A DNA stretch of 64,000 bases from Candidatus Woesearchaeota archaeon UBA525 (GTDB lineage Archaea > Nanobdellota > Nanobdellia > Woesearchaeales > UBA525). Location: contig DAGG01000032.1 in assembly GCA_002498125.1 (NCBI GenBank), forward strand, positions 10,373-74,372, given 5' to 3'. Both the position numbers and the translations under genes were made by a program. Every line of letters starts with the position of its first letter. Position 1 is the stretch's first letter. The notes below the pieces were generated by a model. The model made no database searches, was not told the DNA's origin, and worked only from the letters and a program-made list of their open reading frames with translations. Shown here piece after piece: positions 28,701 to 38,264 of the stretch.

Positions 28701-28890
28701 CAAGGTCACGCGCAGGATAGGGCTTGATGCCGACTACTACTACCACGCGAACCGCCTCATCGACGGCGATACTGAAGGGTACCCACAGAAATTCAAGGAC
28801 TGGCTGCACACGCTCGTGACAGGGACGGTGCCGAAGGTATGGCATGACGACCTCATCAAGTTCTTCATCGAGAAGGAGAGGCTGCTCTAG
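25762..28890 (+). CDS. lhr: Lhr-family ATP-dependent helicase
   Basis: PTGSGKT, SPLKALAND, DEIH, HHGSLS, SLELGIDIG, QRIGRSGH. Confidence 0.95.
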   Translation: MPITHQTEEFPESEILESLHPFVREWFTSTFKEFSPPQRYAIRNIQQGVNCLISSPTGSGKTLSAFLAIINELVTRADTGQLEDKVYCIYISPLKALANDINRNLKEPLAAISKISKRYQRELPIRVGTRTGDTTTSERAKMLERPPHILITTPESLSIALTSVKFSQMLKLTRYLIIDEIHALAENKRGTHLSLGIERLAKHATFTRIGLSATVAPLDEIAKYLVGYEDPEQKIFRDCRIVDVQYLKRLDLKVLSPVDDIMNVSHTRLQDATYELLHELIQSHRTTLVFTNTRSGTERVVHQLKDRYPKAYANVLDADEEQEGLREAEGETHERLSEEAELGESDTEIIDREKAAEFLSKPSEDIDEDKVLSEIAKRPKSLIGAHHGSLSKQHRLRIESMLKAGELKSVVCSTSLELGIDIGFIDLVVLLGSPKSVARALQRIGRSGHKLHEEAKGRIIVMDRDDLVECSVLLKAAIEKKIDRVNIPKNALDVLAQQLYGMAIEDVTTLEDAWRTIKSSYSYDGLTRKEFDDTLMYLSGEYTQLTERNIYGKIWIDRESGTFGKRGKLARLIYMTNVGTIPDETSVHVKIGEHTIGTITEDFAERLKPGDVFVLGGEPYEFRFTRGMTAQVKTSAGRMPTVPNWISEMLPLSYDLALEIQNFRKYMDQWFGMGKPKEEVKDWIRSYLYVDERGVEAIWRYCHEQYAFSVIPHRHRILLEHFKDGNKKYVFVHSLHGRRVNDVLARALAYVNGRITGRDVEVSITDNGFYLKSTQPIHALRALKLIREDELQKLMEIALDQSEVLKRRFRHCAGRALMILRNYKGQSKSVGRQQISSMLIINAVRRIGNDFPILKEARREILEDLMDIHHARDVVRQLQSGAITVEERSTDLPSPFAFNLVLQGYVDILKVEDRIEFVRRMHDLVLQEIGERPKKPKERSERKDVLPAVEFTYERLWEEQEAVKRRREEDFQGYLKDELRKVTRRIGLDADYYYHANRLIDGDTEGYPQKFKDWLHTLVTGTVPKVWHDDLIKFFIEKERLL

Positions 28891-28925
28891 AAACAATTAT
28901 AACACCCGCTAAACCACCAGACGGC

Positions 28926-29480
28926 ATGGGTGTGGGTGAAGTGCGTATAGCGCCTCCTGAGGAGATGATTGCAGCACTCGATGAGCGTATCGGGTATATG
29001 ACTCGGCGCATCGAGGCGAACATCGCAAAAGCGTATGCCGGCGGCCATATGCACATCCCCGTTCCTGTCGATATGTCGCTTCTCGAGCAGCTCGCCCAAG
29101 TCTACCTGCAACGCGCATCATTCATCGGCGAGGATACGTTGAAGCTCGCGAGCAGGGCGATGCTCCTGGACCCACAAATCAAGCTCGAGAACCCTTACCA
29201 CGTGCGTACAGATACCAAGAAGAACCTTCATCTGGGAAAGGCCACAGTCATAGCTGTGGAGAAGGAGATGAAGGTCATCGCCTATGACGCGGCAGTAGCG
29301 GAGGAGATAGGCCTCATGTTGCAAGATATGCGCCGCGAACATCCGGCGAGGCTTGAGGCCTTCGCCGATTGGGACGACGACCGGAAGTCCATGCGCCAGC
29401 TCATCAGCCAGTTCTTGGGACCTCAAGACATCACTGTGGAAGAGATGGTCCAACAGTTATCCGCAAAGGATAAGCGCTAG
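28926..29480 (+). CDS. hypothetical protein
   Basis: 184-aa ORF with host-like codon usage. Confidence 0.65.
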   Translation: MGVGEVRIAPPEEMIAALDERIGYMTRRIEANIAKAYAGGHMHIPVPVDMSLLEQLAQVYLQRASFIGEDTLKLASRAMLLDPQIKLENPYHVRTDTKKNLHLGKATVIAVEKEMKVIAYDAAVAEEIGLMLQDMRREHPARLEAFADWDDDRKSMRQLISQFLGPQDITVEEMVQQLSAKDKR

Positions 29481-29533
29481 TTTCGGGATTACGCACGAAA
29501 TCTTTAAATAACCGACCGTGCGGTTCCGGGCCC

Positions 29534-29773
29534 ATGGCAGACGAAGAATTCTTCGACCCGGAAGAGAAGGAAGCGGACGTGTACGGTGACGGCGCCCGCG
29601 AGGACCTTGAGGAGAACGACGAGATCACACCCGAAGAGCAGGCCTTCATGGAGGGCTATGACTCCACAGACGAGCTGGACGAAGGCGCTGATAACGAGAA
29701 GTACGAGAAAGCGTTCGAAGAGGAGACTGAGGAGCCGGGTGCTGAAGAGGACGACTTCGAGGAAGAGTTCTGA
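29534..29773 (+). CDS. small highly acidic protein
   Basis: DVYGDGAREDLEENDEITPEEQAFMEGY; TATA box upstream. Confidence 0.75.
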   Translation: MADEEFFDPEEKEADVYGDGAREDLEENDEITPEEQAFMEGYDSTDELDEGADNEKYEKAFEEETEEPGAEEDDFEEEF

Positions 29774-29939
29774 AAAGACGTCTCACTGCGTCTCATATAG
29801 CTGCCATTCTCTATTCTCTGCATCAGCGTGCTGTCGCAAGAGCCATCTCGCATCGTCGGAGGATAAACGTTCTCCTTCTCCAGTAAAGACAAAGCTTTAA
29901 ATACGCATTTCCGGGGTGCTAGTCGGAAGAGGGTGAGGA

Positions 29940-30437
29940 TTGGCATTAGATTTCAGCAGCAAGCAGAAGCCTGAGCAACAGTTCCGTGAAGAGCTGCGTA
30001 TCCTTGCCACGCAGATAGAGACCATCAACCAGCAGCTCGCTGGCGGCTCAGGAGGCGGTGGAGGGCCTGCGATGGTCAAACAGTTCCAGGACGTGAGCGC
30101 GAAGCTCACCTTTCTCTACGAGTTCCTGAAGACCTTCCAGACAGACCTGCGCGCTGACACGAAGGCGAGCTTCGAGGAGGTGCACAAGTCAGTGACCGGC
30201 ACGCTCCAGAAGAACCTCGGCGACATCTACGGCCAGCTGCAGGATATCAATAAAGGCGTCAAGAGCGGCGGCACAGGCGGCGGAGCGTCATCGCAGGACA
30301 TGGATGATATCAAGAACACGCTGCGAGAGCTCATCAAGGTCTACCGCGAGGAGGTCCAGGTGTTCAAGGATCAGAACGCGTTCCTGCAGAAGAAGCTTAT
30401 CGATATCGAGCAGAGACTCATGCAGCTGGAGAAATAA
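29940..30437 (+). CDS. coiled-coil protein with Gly linkers
   Basis: TTG start with GGTGAG SD; heptad pattern. Confidence 0.7.
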   Translation: MALDFSSKQKPEQQFREELRILATQIETINQQLAGGSGGGGGPAMVKQFQDVSAKLTFLYEFLKTFQTDLRADTKASFEEVHKSVTGTLQKNLGDIYGQLQDINKGVKSGGTGGGASSQDMDDIKNTLRELIKVYREEVQVFKDQNAFLQKKLIDIEQRLMQLEK

Positions 30438-30438
30438 A

Positions 30439-30753
30439 TCAGTCCTGAGTGTTCTTTGGCTTCAGCAGCCTATATGCTTCGTACCCTGCAGAGATTGCCT
30501 GCGTGACTCCGATAGTGAGGAGCCCTGCAGTCACACCCCTGTCATCATACTGGTGAACGAGCACCGTAAGCGGAGCCATACCTACCATGATTCCAGCTAC
30601 CCATCCGAAGTTATCCCTGGACAACAAAGCACTGTCGATACGGGAATCGAGCGACCCGACATCTTCCCTATTCTTGCGCAAAGAGGTCGCTATCGCATAG
30701 ACATCTCTGAATCCTCTCTTGAAACCGTGACCATATCCAAATGCATCTGCCAT
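30439..30753 (-). CDS. small membrane protein
   Basis: MADAFGY... with two hydrophobic segments. Confidence 0.5.
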   Translation of the reverse strand: MADAFGYGHGFKRGFRDVYAIATSLRKNREDVGSLDSRIDSALLSRDNFGWVAGIMVGMAPLTVLVHQYDDRGVTAGLLTIGVTQAISAGYEAYRLLKPKNTQD

Positions 30754-30853
30754 GGCCACCAGGAGGCGGCATCTGTTCAAAAACATTTGCGTGAGTGCCC
30801 GTCCTCGAAATCCTTATAAACCCTTAGACGAAAAGGAAGAGGAAGGGTGAGGC

Positions 30854-32602
30854 ATGGAACGCGAGCATGAAGTTCTCGAGATAGACTGCGACCGCGAAGA
30901 CATAGAGATGGCCTCGCCCACCATGACTGACGAGGTGCGAAAGCTCATCGGCCGCAGGGAGTTTGACCGCCTGCGCCTCAAATCCAAGCTCTTCACCAAG
31001 GAGTACGACAAGCAGTTCAAGCTCCTCTCCATCGAACCGTTCTTCGTCGACGTCCGCCTCGCAGTCCTGCCCGATAATGTCATGCTCATCGACCAATACA
31101 CGCTCAAGACCGGCGCGGTTGTGCAGATCTACAAGCGTCTGAGCGGCACCGGCTTCATCTACAACCTAAAGATCCCGGAGATGAACGTGACATTCACCGA
31201 CCTCTTCGACCTCCACGATGACATGATGCGCTTCAAGGATGACGGCACGACCACGAACGCCTACATCAAGCGCTGGTACCAGAACTTCGGCATACTCGAG
31301 CACCTCCTCAACGACGACCAGGTCCTGGAGATCAACGTCAACCCGCCAGCGTACAAGACGAGCATGCGCATCGTGCACGCGAAGCACCAGGAGTGCACGA
31401 GCAACATCTACCCGAGCGACGACTTCCTGAACTACCTCGCGACACGCCTCAAGCTCAGCACTGGCCGCCCGCTCAACCGCGCGCAACCGCAACTCGACGG
31501 CGAGATCCACGTCGGGAACAACCGCGCGCGTGTCGCCGCCATCATCAACCCGTTCAGCATCTTCGGGACAGGGTACAGCATCCGCAAGCACCGCGAGCAC
31601 CCCTGGACGCTGCCGCTCTTCATGACCAAGAAGGCATGCAATGGCTGGTTCGCCGGCCTCATGGGTCTCGTCATCGCGCACGGCAGGTCATTCCTCACCG
31701 CAGGCCCGCGTGGCAGCGGCAAGACAAGCCTGCTCGGCAGCCTCATGCTTGAGATACTCCCCAAGTACCGCATCATCACCATCGAGGATACTGAGGAATT
31801 GCCTGTGCTCGACTACAAGCGCCTCGGTTATGACATCCTTCCGCTCAAGGTCCGCTCTGCGCTCCTCAAAGAAGGCCTCGAGATGCCGTTCGACATCGGT
31901 CTGCGCACGAGCTTGCGCCTCGGCGACAGCGCGCTCATCGTCGGCGAGGTCCGCTCCAAGGAGGCAACAGTCCTCTACGAGGCGATGCGCGTCGGCGCAA
32001 TGAGCAACGTCGTCGCAGGCACGATCCACGCAGATACACCTTACGGTGTCTACGACCGTGTCGTGAACGACCTCGGCGTGCCAAAGGGGAGCTTTAAGGT
32101 CACAGATATCATTATCATCCAGAACCTCATCAAGACCACCTCAGGCCTGGGGCGCCAACGTCGCGTCATCCAGGTCACTGAGGTGCTCAAAGAATGGGAG
32201 GACCAACCAGTCTTCCAGGACCTGCTCGTCTACAACCCCGCGACCGACCAGCTTGAGCCCACGCCTGCACTGCTCGAAGGCAAGTCAGTGATGATTCAGA
32301 TGATCATGCGCAACACGCAAGGGTACAAGAACTACGATGATGTCCTGCGCGACATCGTCATGCGCAGTTGGGCGAAAGACATGCTCGTGAAGCTCGCGGG
32401 CGGACGCGAGGATCTCCTCGAGGCGCCGATAGTGGCTGACGCCAATGTCCTGTTCACACGCCTCATGGACACGATGGATCCCATCAAATCACTGGAGAAC
32501 GAGCAGAGGTTCCGCGAGGCATACCTCCAGCAGCTCCAGCGCATCCTCGAGGCGGCCTCGGTCCAGCAGAAGCAGGAGACCACCGATACCGAGGACACCT
32601 GA
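30854..32602 (+). CDS. type II/IV secretion (VirB11/TadA/ArlI-like) ATPase
   Basis: GPRGSGKT, TIEDTEEL, LIVGEVR, GTIHA. Confidence 0.92.
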   Translation: MEREHEVLEIDCDREDIEMASPTMTDEVRKLIGRREFDRLRLKSKLFTKEYDKQFKLLSIEPFFVDVRLAVLPDNVMLIDQYTLKTGAVVQIYKRLSGTGFIYNLKIPEMNVTFTDLFDLHDDMMRFKDDGTTTNAYIKRWYQNFGILEHLLNDDQVLEINVNPPAYKTSMRIVHAKHQECTSNIYPSDDFLNYLATRLKLSTGRPLNRAQPQLDGEIHVGNNRARVAAIINPFSIFGTGYSIRKHREHPWTLPLFMTKKACNGWFAGLMGLVIAHGRSFLTAGPRGSGKTSLLGSLMLEILPKYRIITIEDTEELPVLDYKRLGYDILPLKVRSALLKEGLEMPFDIGLRTSLRLGDSALIVGEVRSKEATVLYEAMRVGAMSNVVAGTIHADTPYGVYDRVVNDLGVPKGSFKVTDIIIIQNLIKTTSGLGRQRRVIQVTEVLKEWEDQPVFQDLLVYNPATDQLEPTPALLEGKSVMIQMIMRNTQGYKNYDDVLRDIVMRSWAKDMLVKLAGGREDLLEAPIVADANVLFTRLMDTMDPIKSLENEQRFREAYLQQLQRILEAASVQQKQETTDTEDT

Positions 32603-34462
32603 ATGGGATTCACGGACATCTACGAGCTCGGCCGCTCCATCCCGATAGGCTGGACGAACGGCAACATGCAAAGGAAGCTGCAGTTCGTCCTCTTCTCCTA
32701 CGACGCGCGCGACATCATCGCGACCACGATGCTCATCCTGCTCGGCGGGTCGCTCCTCGCAGGGATAGCCTACCTCATCCTGCCGTTCATCGCGTACGCG
32801 ATATTCTTCCTGACTGTGGTCGCTGCCGTGGTCATCTACATCTACCCCGCGCACGTGTTCTACAACCGGGCGATCGGCGAGTACAACGAGGAGATGCTGC
32901 GTGCGATACTGCGCATGACGACATTCATCAGTATGGACACGAGCATCGAATACGCGTTCGTCGAGACGTCAGACCACCTCCACGGCACACTCCGGTTGCA
33001 GTTCAAGCGAATAAAGCACGACATCACGCGCAAGCAGAAGATGACGTTAGGCGACGCGATAGAGCCATACATCCCGATATGGAACGAAGTGAATCCCGTC
33101 TTCGTGAAATCTCTGCGCCTCCTCCAGACTGCCGCGCTCAGCGGGCCGAATGACCGCGACAAGATCCTCGCCGAGACCGTCGAGACGCTGCTGCTCAATT
33201 ACAGCACGCTCGGCAAGCGTTATGCGGAAGAGCTCGCGACGAACGCGCAGAAACTCATCACCGTCGGCATCCTCATCCCAATCATGAGCCTCATGCTCCT
33301 GCCGCTCCTCTCTATCTTCCTCCCCGACTTCACCAAGCCCAGCATCCTCGCCTTCATCTACATTATCTTCTTCCCGACGGTAACGCTCCTCATGGCGATG
33401 AGTTTCGGCTCCAAACGCCTCCAGGTCGACACGATCCGCATCGAGGACGCCCAGGAGTACCGGCCGCTGCCGGCATGGCTCGCATGGACCTGCGCAGGAG
33501 TGGCTGTCGCGCTTGCCATCCCGACATTATGGTTCATCAGCACCATCACCGCCGGCACGCCAGAGGCTGAGAGCATCTTCGGCCTATTCATGGGATGGCT
33601 CATCTCATTCGGCATCATAGCCGGAGTCTACATCTACGCGGAAATCCATACGTACCGCTACAAGAAACTGTGGGAGGAGGTATACGAGATTGAGCAGGAC
33701 CTGCCGCACCTCCTGCAGTCGTTCAGCACCTACCTGACGCTCAACATCGCCACAGAGAACATCCTCGACGAGATTATCGATGACTATGAGAAGTTCGGCT
33801 TCGAGAAGCACCCGGTCGTGCGCGCGTTCAAACGCATCAGGCACACGCTGCTCACCTCAAAGCAGAGCCTGAACCAGATAGCACAGAACGACCTCCCAAA
33901 GCTCCTGCCGTCGCGCAAGGTGAACCAGATCCTATTGCAGATACTCTCCTTCGGCGAGATTAGCCAGGAGTCCAGCTCGAAGGTCGCGAAGATGGTGCGC
34001 GAGCAGACCATCGGCATCTACAAGCTGGATGACTACCTAAAGACCATGCTCGCCGAGACCGTCGGCCTCATCAACATCACCACGACCATGCTCGCACCGC
34101 TGCTCGCGGCCGCCGCAGTCATCATGAGCATCGCCATAGTCAAGTCACTCGTCTACATCGAAGAGCAACTCACGCTCATCGCGAGCTCGTTCGGCACGAC
34201 AGTCATGTCGCTCAACCTAGTGGATGTCTCGAAAGTCATACCGCCGGTGTTCCTCGAGGTGATTGTCGGCCTGTTCCTGGTGGAGACCATCCTCGTCATG
34301 TCCTTCTTCTCGACGACAATCAATGTGGGCAACGACAAGTTCAAGCTCTTCCAGACCATCGCGTCGAACATGACCGGGTTCATCATCTATACGATACTCC
34401 TCTTCGGCGGCTACCTGTTCGTGGTCGAGATACTCTTCAAGCAGGTCCTGCAGGTGGGATGA
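32603..34462 (+). CDS. fused TadB/TadC (T2SS-F)-like membrane platform protein
   Basis: Two repeats of cytoplasmic domain plus TM bundle, directly after the ATPase. Confidence 0.8.
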   Translation: MGFTDIYELGRSIPIGWTNGNMQRKLQFVLFSYDARDIIATTMLILLGGSLLAGIAYLILPFIAYAIFFLTVVAAVVIYIYPAHVFYNRAIGEYNEEMLRAILRMTTFISMDTSIEYAFVETSDHLHGTLRLQFKRIKHDITRKQKMTLGDAIEPYIPIWNEVNPVFVKSLRLLQTAALSGPNDRDKILAETVETLLLNYSTLGKRYAEELATNAQKLITVGILIPIMSLMLLPLLSIFLPDFTKPSILAFIYIIFFPTVTLLMAMSFGSKRLQVDTIRIEDAQEYRPLPAWLAWTCAGVAVALAIPTLWFISTITAGTPEAESIFGLFMGWLISFGIIAGVYIYAEIHTYRYKKLWEEVYEIEQDLPHLLQSFSTYLTLNIATENILDEIIDDYEKFGFEKHPVVRAFKRIRHTLLTSKQSLNQIAQNDLPKLLPSRKVNQILLQILSFGEISQESSSKVAKMVREQTIGIYKLDDYLKTMLAETVGLINITTTMLAPLLAAAAVIMSIAIVKSLVYIEEQLTLIASSFGTTVMSLNLVDVSKVIPPVFLEVIVGLFLVETILVMSFFSTTINVGNDKFKLFQTIASNMTGFIIYTILLFGGYLFVVEILFKQVLQVG

Positions 34463-34819
34463 ATGGAGGAGAAACCGCTACTCTACATCGGGATCATCGC
34501 AGTCCTCGTAGTAATCATTATCGTGTTCGGCTCACGCGAACGGCAAAGGACACCTATGGAGATGGTGGCAGATGAGGTGGAGATGCTCAAGGGACGCTGC
34601 TCAGAGTTGTGCACGCAGGAGGAGGGCTCACTCTCCTTCGATATCACGCTGCCGGAGGACAGCGTCACGTACACGACCGACGATGCCATCTGCGTCCGCA
34701 GAGGACGTGCGCTCTACTGCGCGCGCTGCTGCGATGTCGTGGCAGACCAGGAGTACAACGCCACGTCGCTCTCCTGCACGCTCACGCGCACGCCTGCACT
34801 GCTCCTCAGCTGCTCCTAG
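34463..34819 (+). CDS. pilin-like protein with N-terminal TM and Cys-rich domain
   Basis: MEEKPLLYIGII..; paralog of 35257-35658. Confidence 0.65.
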   Translation: MEEKPLLYIGIIAVLVVIIIVFGSRERQRTPMEMVADEVEMLKGRCSELCTQEEGSLSFDITLPEDSVTYTTDDAICVRRGRALYCARCCDVVADQEYNATSLSCTLTRTPALLLSCS

Positions 34820-34858
34820 CGCGTAACGTTTATAAACGCCGATTGGACAGGCTCAAGC

Positions 34859-35257
34859 ATGGAACTCCCCATCCAGGTCATCGTCGTGCTCTTCGTCGCG
34901 CTCATCGTTGGAGGCGCGATAGTCGCGTTCAGCCAGCAGTCGCTGCGCAATGCGCAGGAGACGCTCAACGAACGATGGAGAGAGGACCCTGCGAACAAGC
35001 AACTCGTGGTCGACGTTGTGGAGGCAGATGAGGGGACTATCTTGTCGCTTGCCAATGAGTGCGTGCGTAAGTCGCAAGGAGTGGTCGCTGAACAGACCAC
35101 CTGTTTCGCTGTGTTCTCGCCTAGCTTCACCGATCTCGCGAGCCTCAATGACCGCGAACTGCTCGAAGGATTCAAGTTGAACACGACAGGAGCACCAGAC
35201 ACGCCGCAAGCAGTCAGGATCACCTACAACCCTGCAGGGACTGTCGAAGTGAGCTGA
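34859..35257 (+). CDS. pilin-like protein
   Basis: MELPIQVIVVLFVALIVGG hydrophobic N-terminus. Confidence 0.65.
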   Translation: MELPIQVIVVLFVALIVGGAIVAFSQQSLRNAQETLNERWREDPANKQLVVDVVEADEGTILSLANECVRKSQGVVAEQTTCFAVFSPSFTDLASLNDRELLEGFKLNTTGAPDTPQAVRITYNPAGTVEVS

Positions 35258-35658
35258 TGGAAGAACCTATCTGGATTTACTTCGGGGTCATCGTCATCAT
35301 CCTGACAGTAGTTATCATCACATCAGTCTTCATCTCCTACGAGGCTGAAAACAACGAGCAACTCCTCTTCGACGGGCTCTCGCATCTCGCTGCACAGGCA
35401 GATATCGTGTGCAAGTCGCCTAAGGATACAATGCTCTCAGTGCCGATCACGCTCACCGCGGGCAGCAGGATTTACGCCGAGACCGACAAGATATGCGCGT
35501 CATACGAAGGCGAGGTGCGCTGCAGGCCATCCTGCACGGCGGAGCCCGGGACAGTCATCGACCTGACTGCGAACGAGACGAAAGAGCTCTTCAGGTCCAG
35601 GACTTACACCTGCTCAGTCTTGCGCGGTGACAGTATTGTGTTCAACTGCTCAGGCTGA
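35257..35658 (+). CDS. pilin-like protein with Cys-rich domain
   Basis: MEEPIWIYFGVIV..; ITL..GS.IY...DKIC pattern shared with 34463. Confidence 0.65.
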   Translation: MEEPIWIYFGVIVIILTVVIITSVFISYEAENNEQLLFDGLSHLAAQADIVCKSPKDTMLSVPITLTAGSRIYAETDKICASYEGEVRCRPSCTAEPGTVIDLTANETKELFRSRTYTCSVLRGDSIVFNCSG

Positions 35659-36022
35659 GGGATATTGCTGAACTGTTGTTCTCTATGCGCAGCAACGTCG
35701 TATCCACGATATCCAGCCTCGTTGGGATGACTTGACTGCACGGTAACGGTTTGCAGCTCCCGAAGATTTCCGTGTGCACGCAAAAATGCGAAGCATTCAT
35801 CTCAAAGAAACCGATGCTCGAAGGATTGTAAGTGGCATTGTAGATGGTCACTCCGCAAGCGTTGGCCAGGTGCTGCCGCAGCTCTTGCATGTCCTCAGTG
35901 ACTGCGCCGATCACGTAGCGCGTCGGCCTGACTGACTGGATGTACCACACCGATAGGATGAGCGCAGCAATGAGTATGGTCAGGAAGAGGATGACATTGA
36001 TTGAGGTGATGCCGCGGCTCAT
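35642..36022 (-). CDS. pilin-like protein (class III signal-like RG/ITS)
   Basis: MSRG followed by a hydrophobic helix. Confidence 0.6.
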   Translation of the reverse strand: MSRGITSINVILFLTILIAALILSVWYIQSVRPTRYVIGAVTEDMQELRQHLANACGVTIYNATYNPSSIGFFEMNASHFCVHTEIFGSCKPLPCSQVIPTRLDIVDTTLLRIENNSSAISLSLSS

Positions 36023-38250
36023 GGGCAGAGACACCCGGTCAGCTCTGAGAACGTACAAGGTAAGTTGCACTCGCTACGCGGAGGGCCTCTGCAGTTGTTC
36101 GTCCCTTGCGCCTGGCAGAATCCGTCGGTGCATTGACCGGGGAGATCGCACACCCGCCCTTCGGTATTGGTGTACTCTACAAGGCCGCAAGGAGAGCTTT
36201 CGCCGGCGTCCTGTGTTACGCAGCCTCCATTCTTGCATATCGACTCTCGACATCGCGGCACCCCGCCGTAAGGATTGCAGACGCCGACCTGGTTATCTTT
36301 CTCAGGGATGGTAGTGCCCTTGCATGTCGTAGTCGTAGGGTCACACAACCAGGTCGAGCAACCATCATTCCCGAACCCGGGGGAGCATGGCTTTGGCTCC
36401 TGGACGAACTGGCATGAACGTCCTTCCTCGCCCGGGGTGTTCTGACAAGTATAGCATCCGCCAGTACCGCACCCATCTCCTTCATTCTTGTAACCTCTGA
36501 GCTGGCATTCCATGTCAGTGCTCTCGTCGCACTTGTATATCTCACACTCATCGCCGTCACAACCACTACGCGCGTAGCACAAACTCACTGCATCCTGGTA
36601 GTTGAAGAAACAGTCGGGGTTGTTGATGTTGTGCGGATCAGCGCACTTCTCCTCGTACCCCTCCATCATGCAGCACACGTTCTGGTATGCAGACCTACAA
36701 GCACGTTCTTCACTCTCGGGATCCTGCAGTGGTCTGGGGTACTGGGACTCGAATCCCCATACCGTCCCGCAGCTCTCATTGATCTCCTCACGCAAGTCGT
36801 CATCGGCACCGACGACCGCCATATAATCTCCAGACCCCCCCGTCTCACGCAGATGTGTCCAGACCACGTTCTTGCTACAGAGTGACCAGTACGTCTCGCA
36901 TGACGCCGGATCGCTTGGCTTGAGACATTTGCTCGCGTCCACTGCAACCATAGGTGAACAGGCGCCACAGCGATGCCGTGCGCCGCTCATCTCACCAGGT
37001 CCACAGTGCTGCCTGATGCCGTGCTGGAGGCGGAATGTATACTCGAGCGGCTGGCCGAGGATCGCGGCGCGCGAATCCTCGCACTTCACCACGAGTGTAA
37101 ACTGCGCTCCACGTGTCGTGTTGATATAGAGCACAGGATTCGCAGTGGCGAATCCTGAATTGCGCAGACCTGTGGTGAGGTCATCGAAGTCAGTCCCCAG
37201 GCTGACGAGCTTGCTGCCGTAGCCCTCCTCTGGGAAGGGAAGAACATTGATTGATGGCTGCACAGGCTCACGACCCTCTTCCTCGCAACCGAGCTGCTCG
37301 TCCCAGAACGGGTATGATATCATGTCAGGCTCGAGGTTGTATACGTGAACATCGTCCTTGATGAAGCTATTGTAGTCGAGGCTGCGCTCTTTCACTATCC
37401 CCTCTGAGCTCCAGGGGACAATCTTATTGTGGAAGACCATGTCCTCGAGCTCAAAAGAGCATGTGATGCCTGTCGCATCTTCGAGTAGGGGCTCAACGCA
37501 TGACGCCTCTCCTGCGAAGTAACTGTTCAACTCAGTGATGGACTCCCGCACTCCACGTGAAACGTGCTCGGGAGTAAGCGCTTTCGCGAGCATGTAGTCG
37601 CGGTCTGCTTTCGTGATAGAGAGCGGCTTCAGGCACACGTTCCCGCTGCCGCCTCCATAACCGGGGACCTTCTTTCCAAAGAAGCATTCCTTACCGAAGG
37701 CGAGGTGCAGGTTGCGGGAGAGATTCCCTGCATCGCAGCGGGCCCAGTCCTCGATGACCTTTATGGCGAGCGGCAACCTGACGCCGAAGTAGTACTCCTT
37801 ATCGAAATTATCCTCTGCATAGATGGTGCCGTCTTCGTAGATGATGGTACCGTCAGCGAGCGTTATGGTGAGGCCGGCATCCTCCAGGTCCAAGGACTGG
37901 AGCGCTCCAGGATTGATCTGCAGTACCCCTTCGCTTGGGAGTAGTGTCTCCAGTTCGCTCTCCACGTAAGGACGCAGGGTATTTGTGAGGCTGCTAGTAT
38001 CGACAGGATAAAGGCCGTTGCACATGAGCGTCTCATCAGTGACCCCGTCCTGCAACCAGGCCAGTATAGCCCTGCCCATCTGCGCACGGACATCGCGCAG
38101 GCCGTCCAGCGACTCCTTCGCGACACTCGGCACATCTTGGTCGTTGGTGAATGTCGTAACGATGAGGAACACAGAAGCCATGAGCACGACGATGATGAGC
38201 AGTTCCCCTACGACCCCTTTACGATGCGACATCAGTGACCCCGTCCTCAT
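36019..38250 (-). CDS. large class III signal peptide protein with a very Cys-rich C-terminus (adhesin candidate)
   Basis: RKG/VVGEL plus TM helix; dozens of Cys in the C-terminal ~330 aa. Confidence 0.75.
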   Translation of the reverse strand: MRTGSLMSHRKGVVGELLIIVVLMASVFLIVTTFTNDQDVPSVAKESLDGLRDVRAQMGRAILAWLQDGVTDETLMCNGLYPVDTSSLTNTLRPYVESELETLLPSEGVLQINPGALQSLDLEDAGLTITLADGTIIYEDGTIYAEDNFDKEYYFGVRLPLAIKVIEDWARCDAGNLSRNLHLAFGKECFFGKKVPGYGGGSGNVCLKPLSITKADRDYMLAKALTPEHVSRGVRESITELNSYFAGEASCVEPLLEDATGITCSFELEDMVFHNKIVPWSSEGIVKERSLDYNSFIKDDVHVYNLEPDMISYPFWDEQLGCEEEGREPVQPSINVLPFPEEGYGSKLVSLGTDFDDLTTGLRNSGFATANPVLYINTTRGAQFTLVVKCEDSRAAILGQPLEYTFRLQHGIRQHCGPGEMSGARHRCGACSPMVAVDASKCLKPSDPASCETYWSLCSKNVVWTHLRETGGSGDYMAVVGADDDLREEINESCGTVWGFESQYPRPLQDPESEERACRSAYQNVCCMMEGYEEKCADPHNINNPDCFFNYQDAVSLCYARSGCDGDECEIYKCDESTDMECQLRGYKNEGDGCGTGGCYTCQNTPGEEGRSCQFVQEPKPCSPGFGNDGCSTWLCDPTTTTCKGTTIPEKDNQVGVCNPYGGVPRCRESICKNGGCVTQDAGESSPCGLVEYTNTEGRVCDLPGQCTDGFCQAQGTNNCRGPPRSECNLPCTFSELTGCLCP

Positions 38251-38264
38251 ACCTGCATATGCCT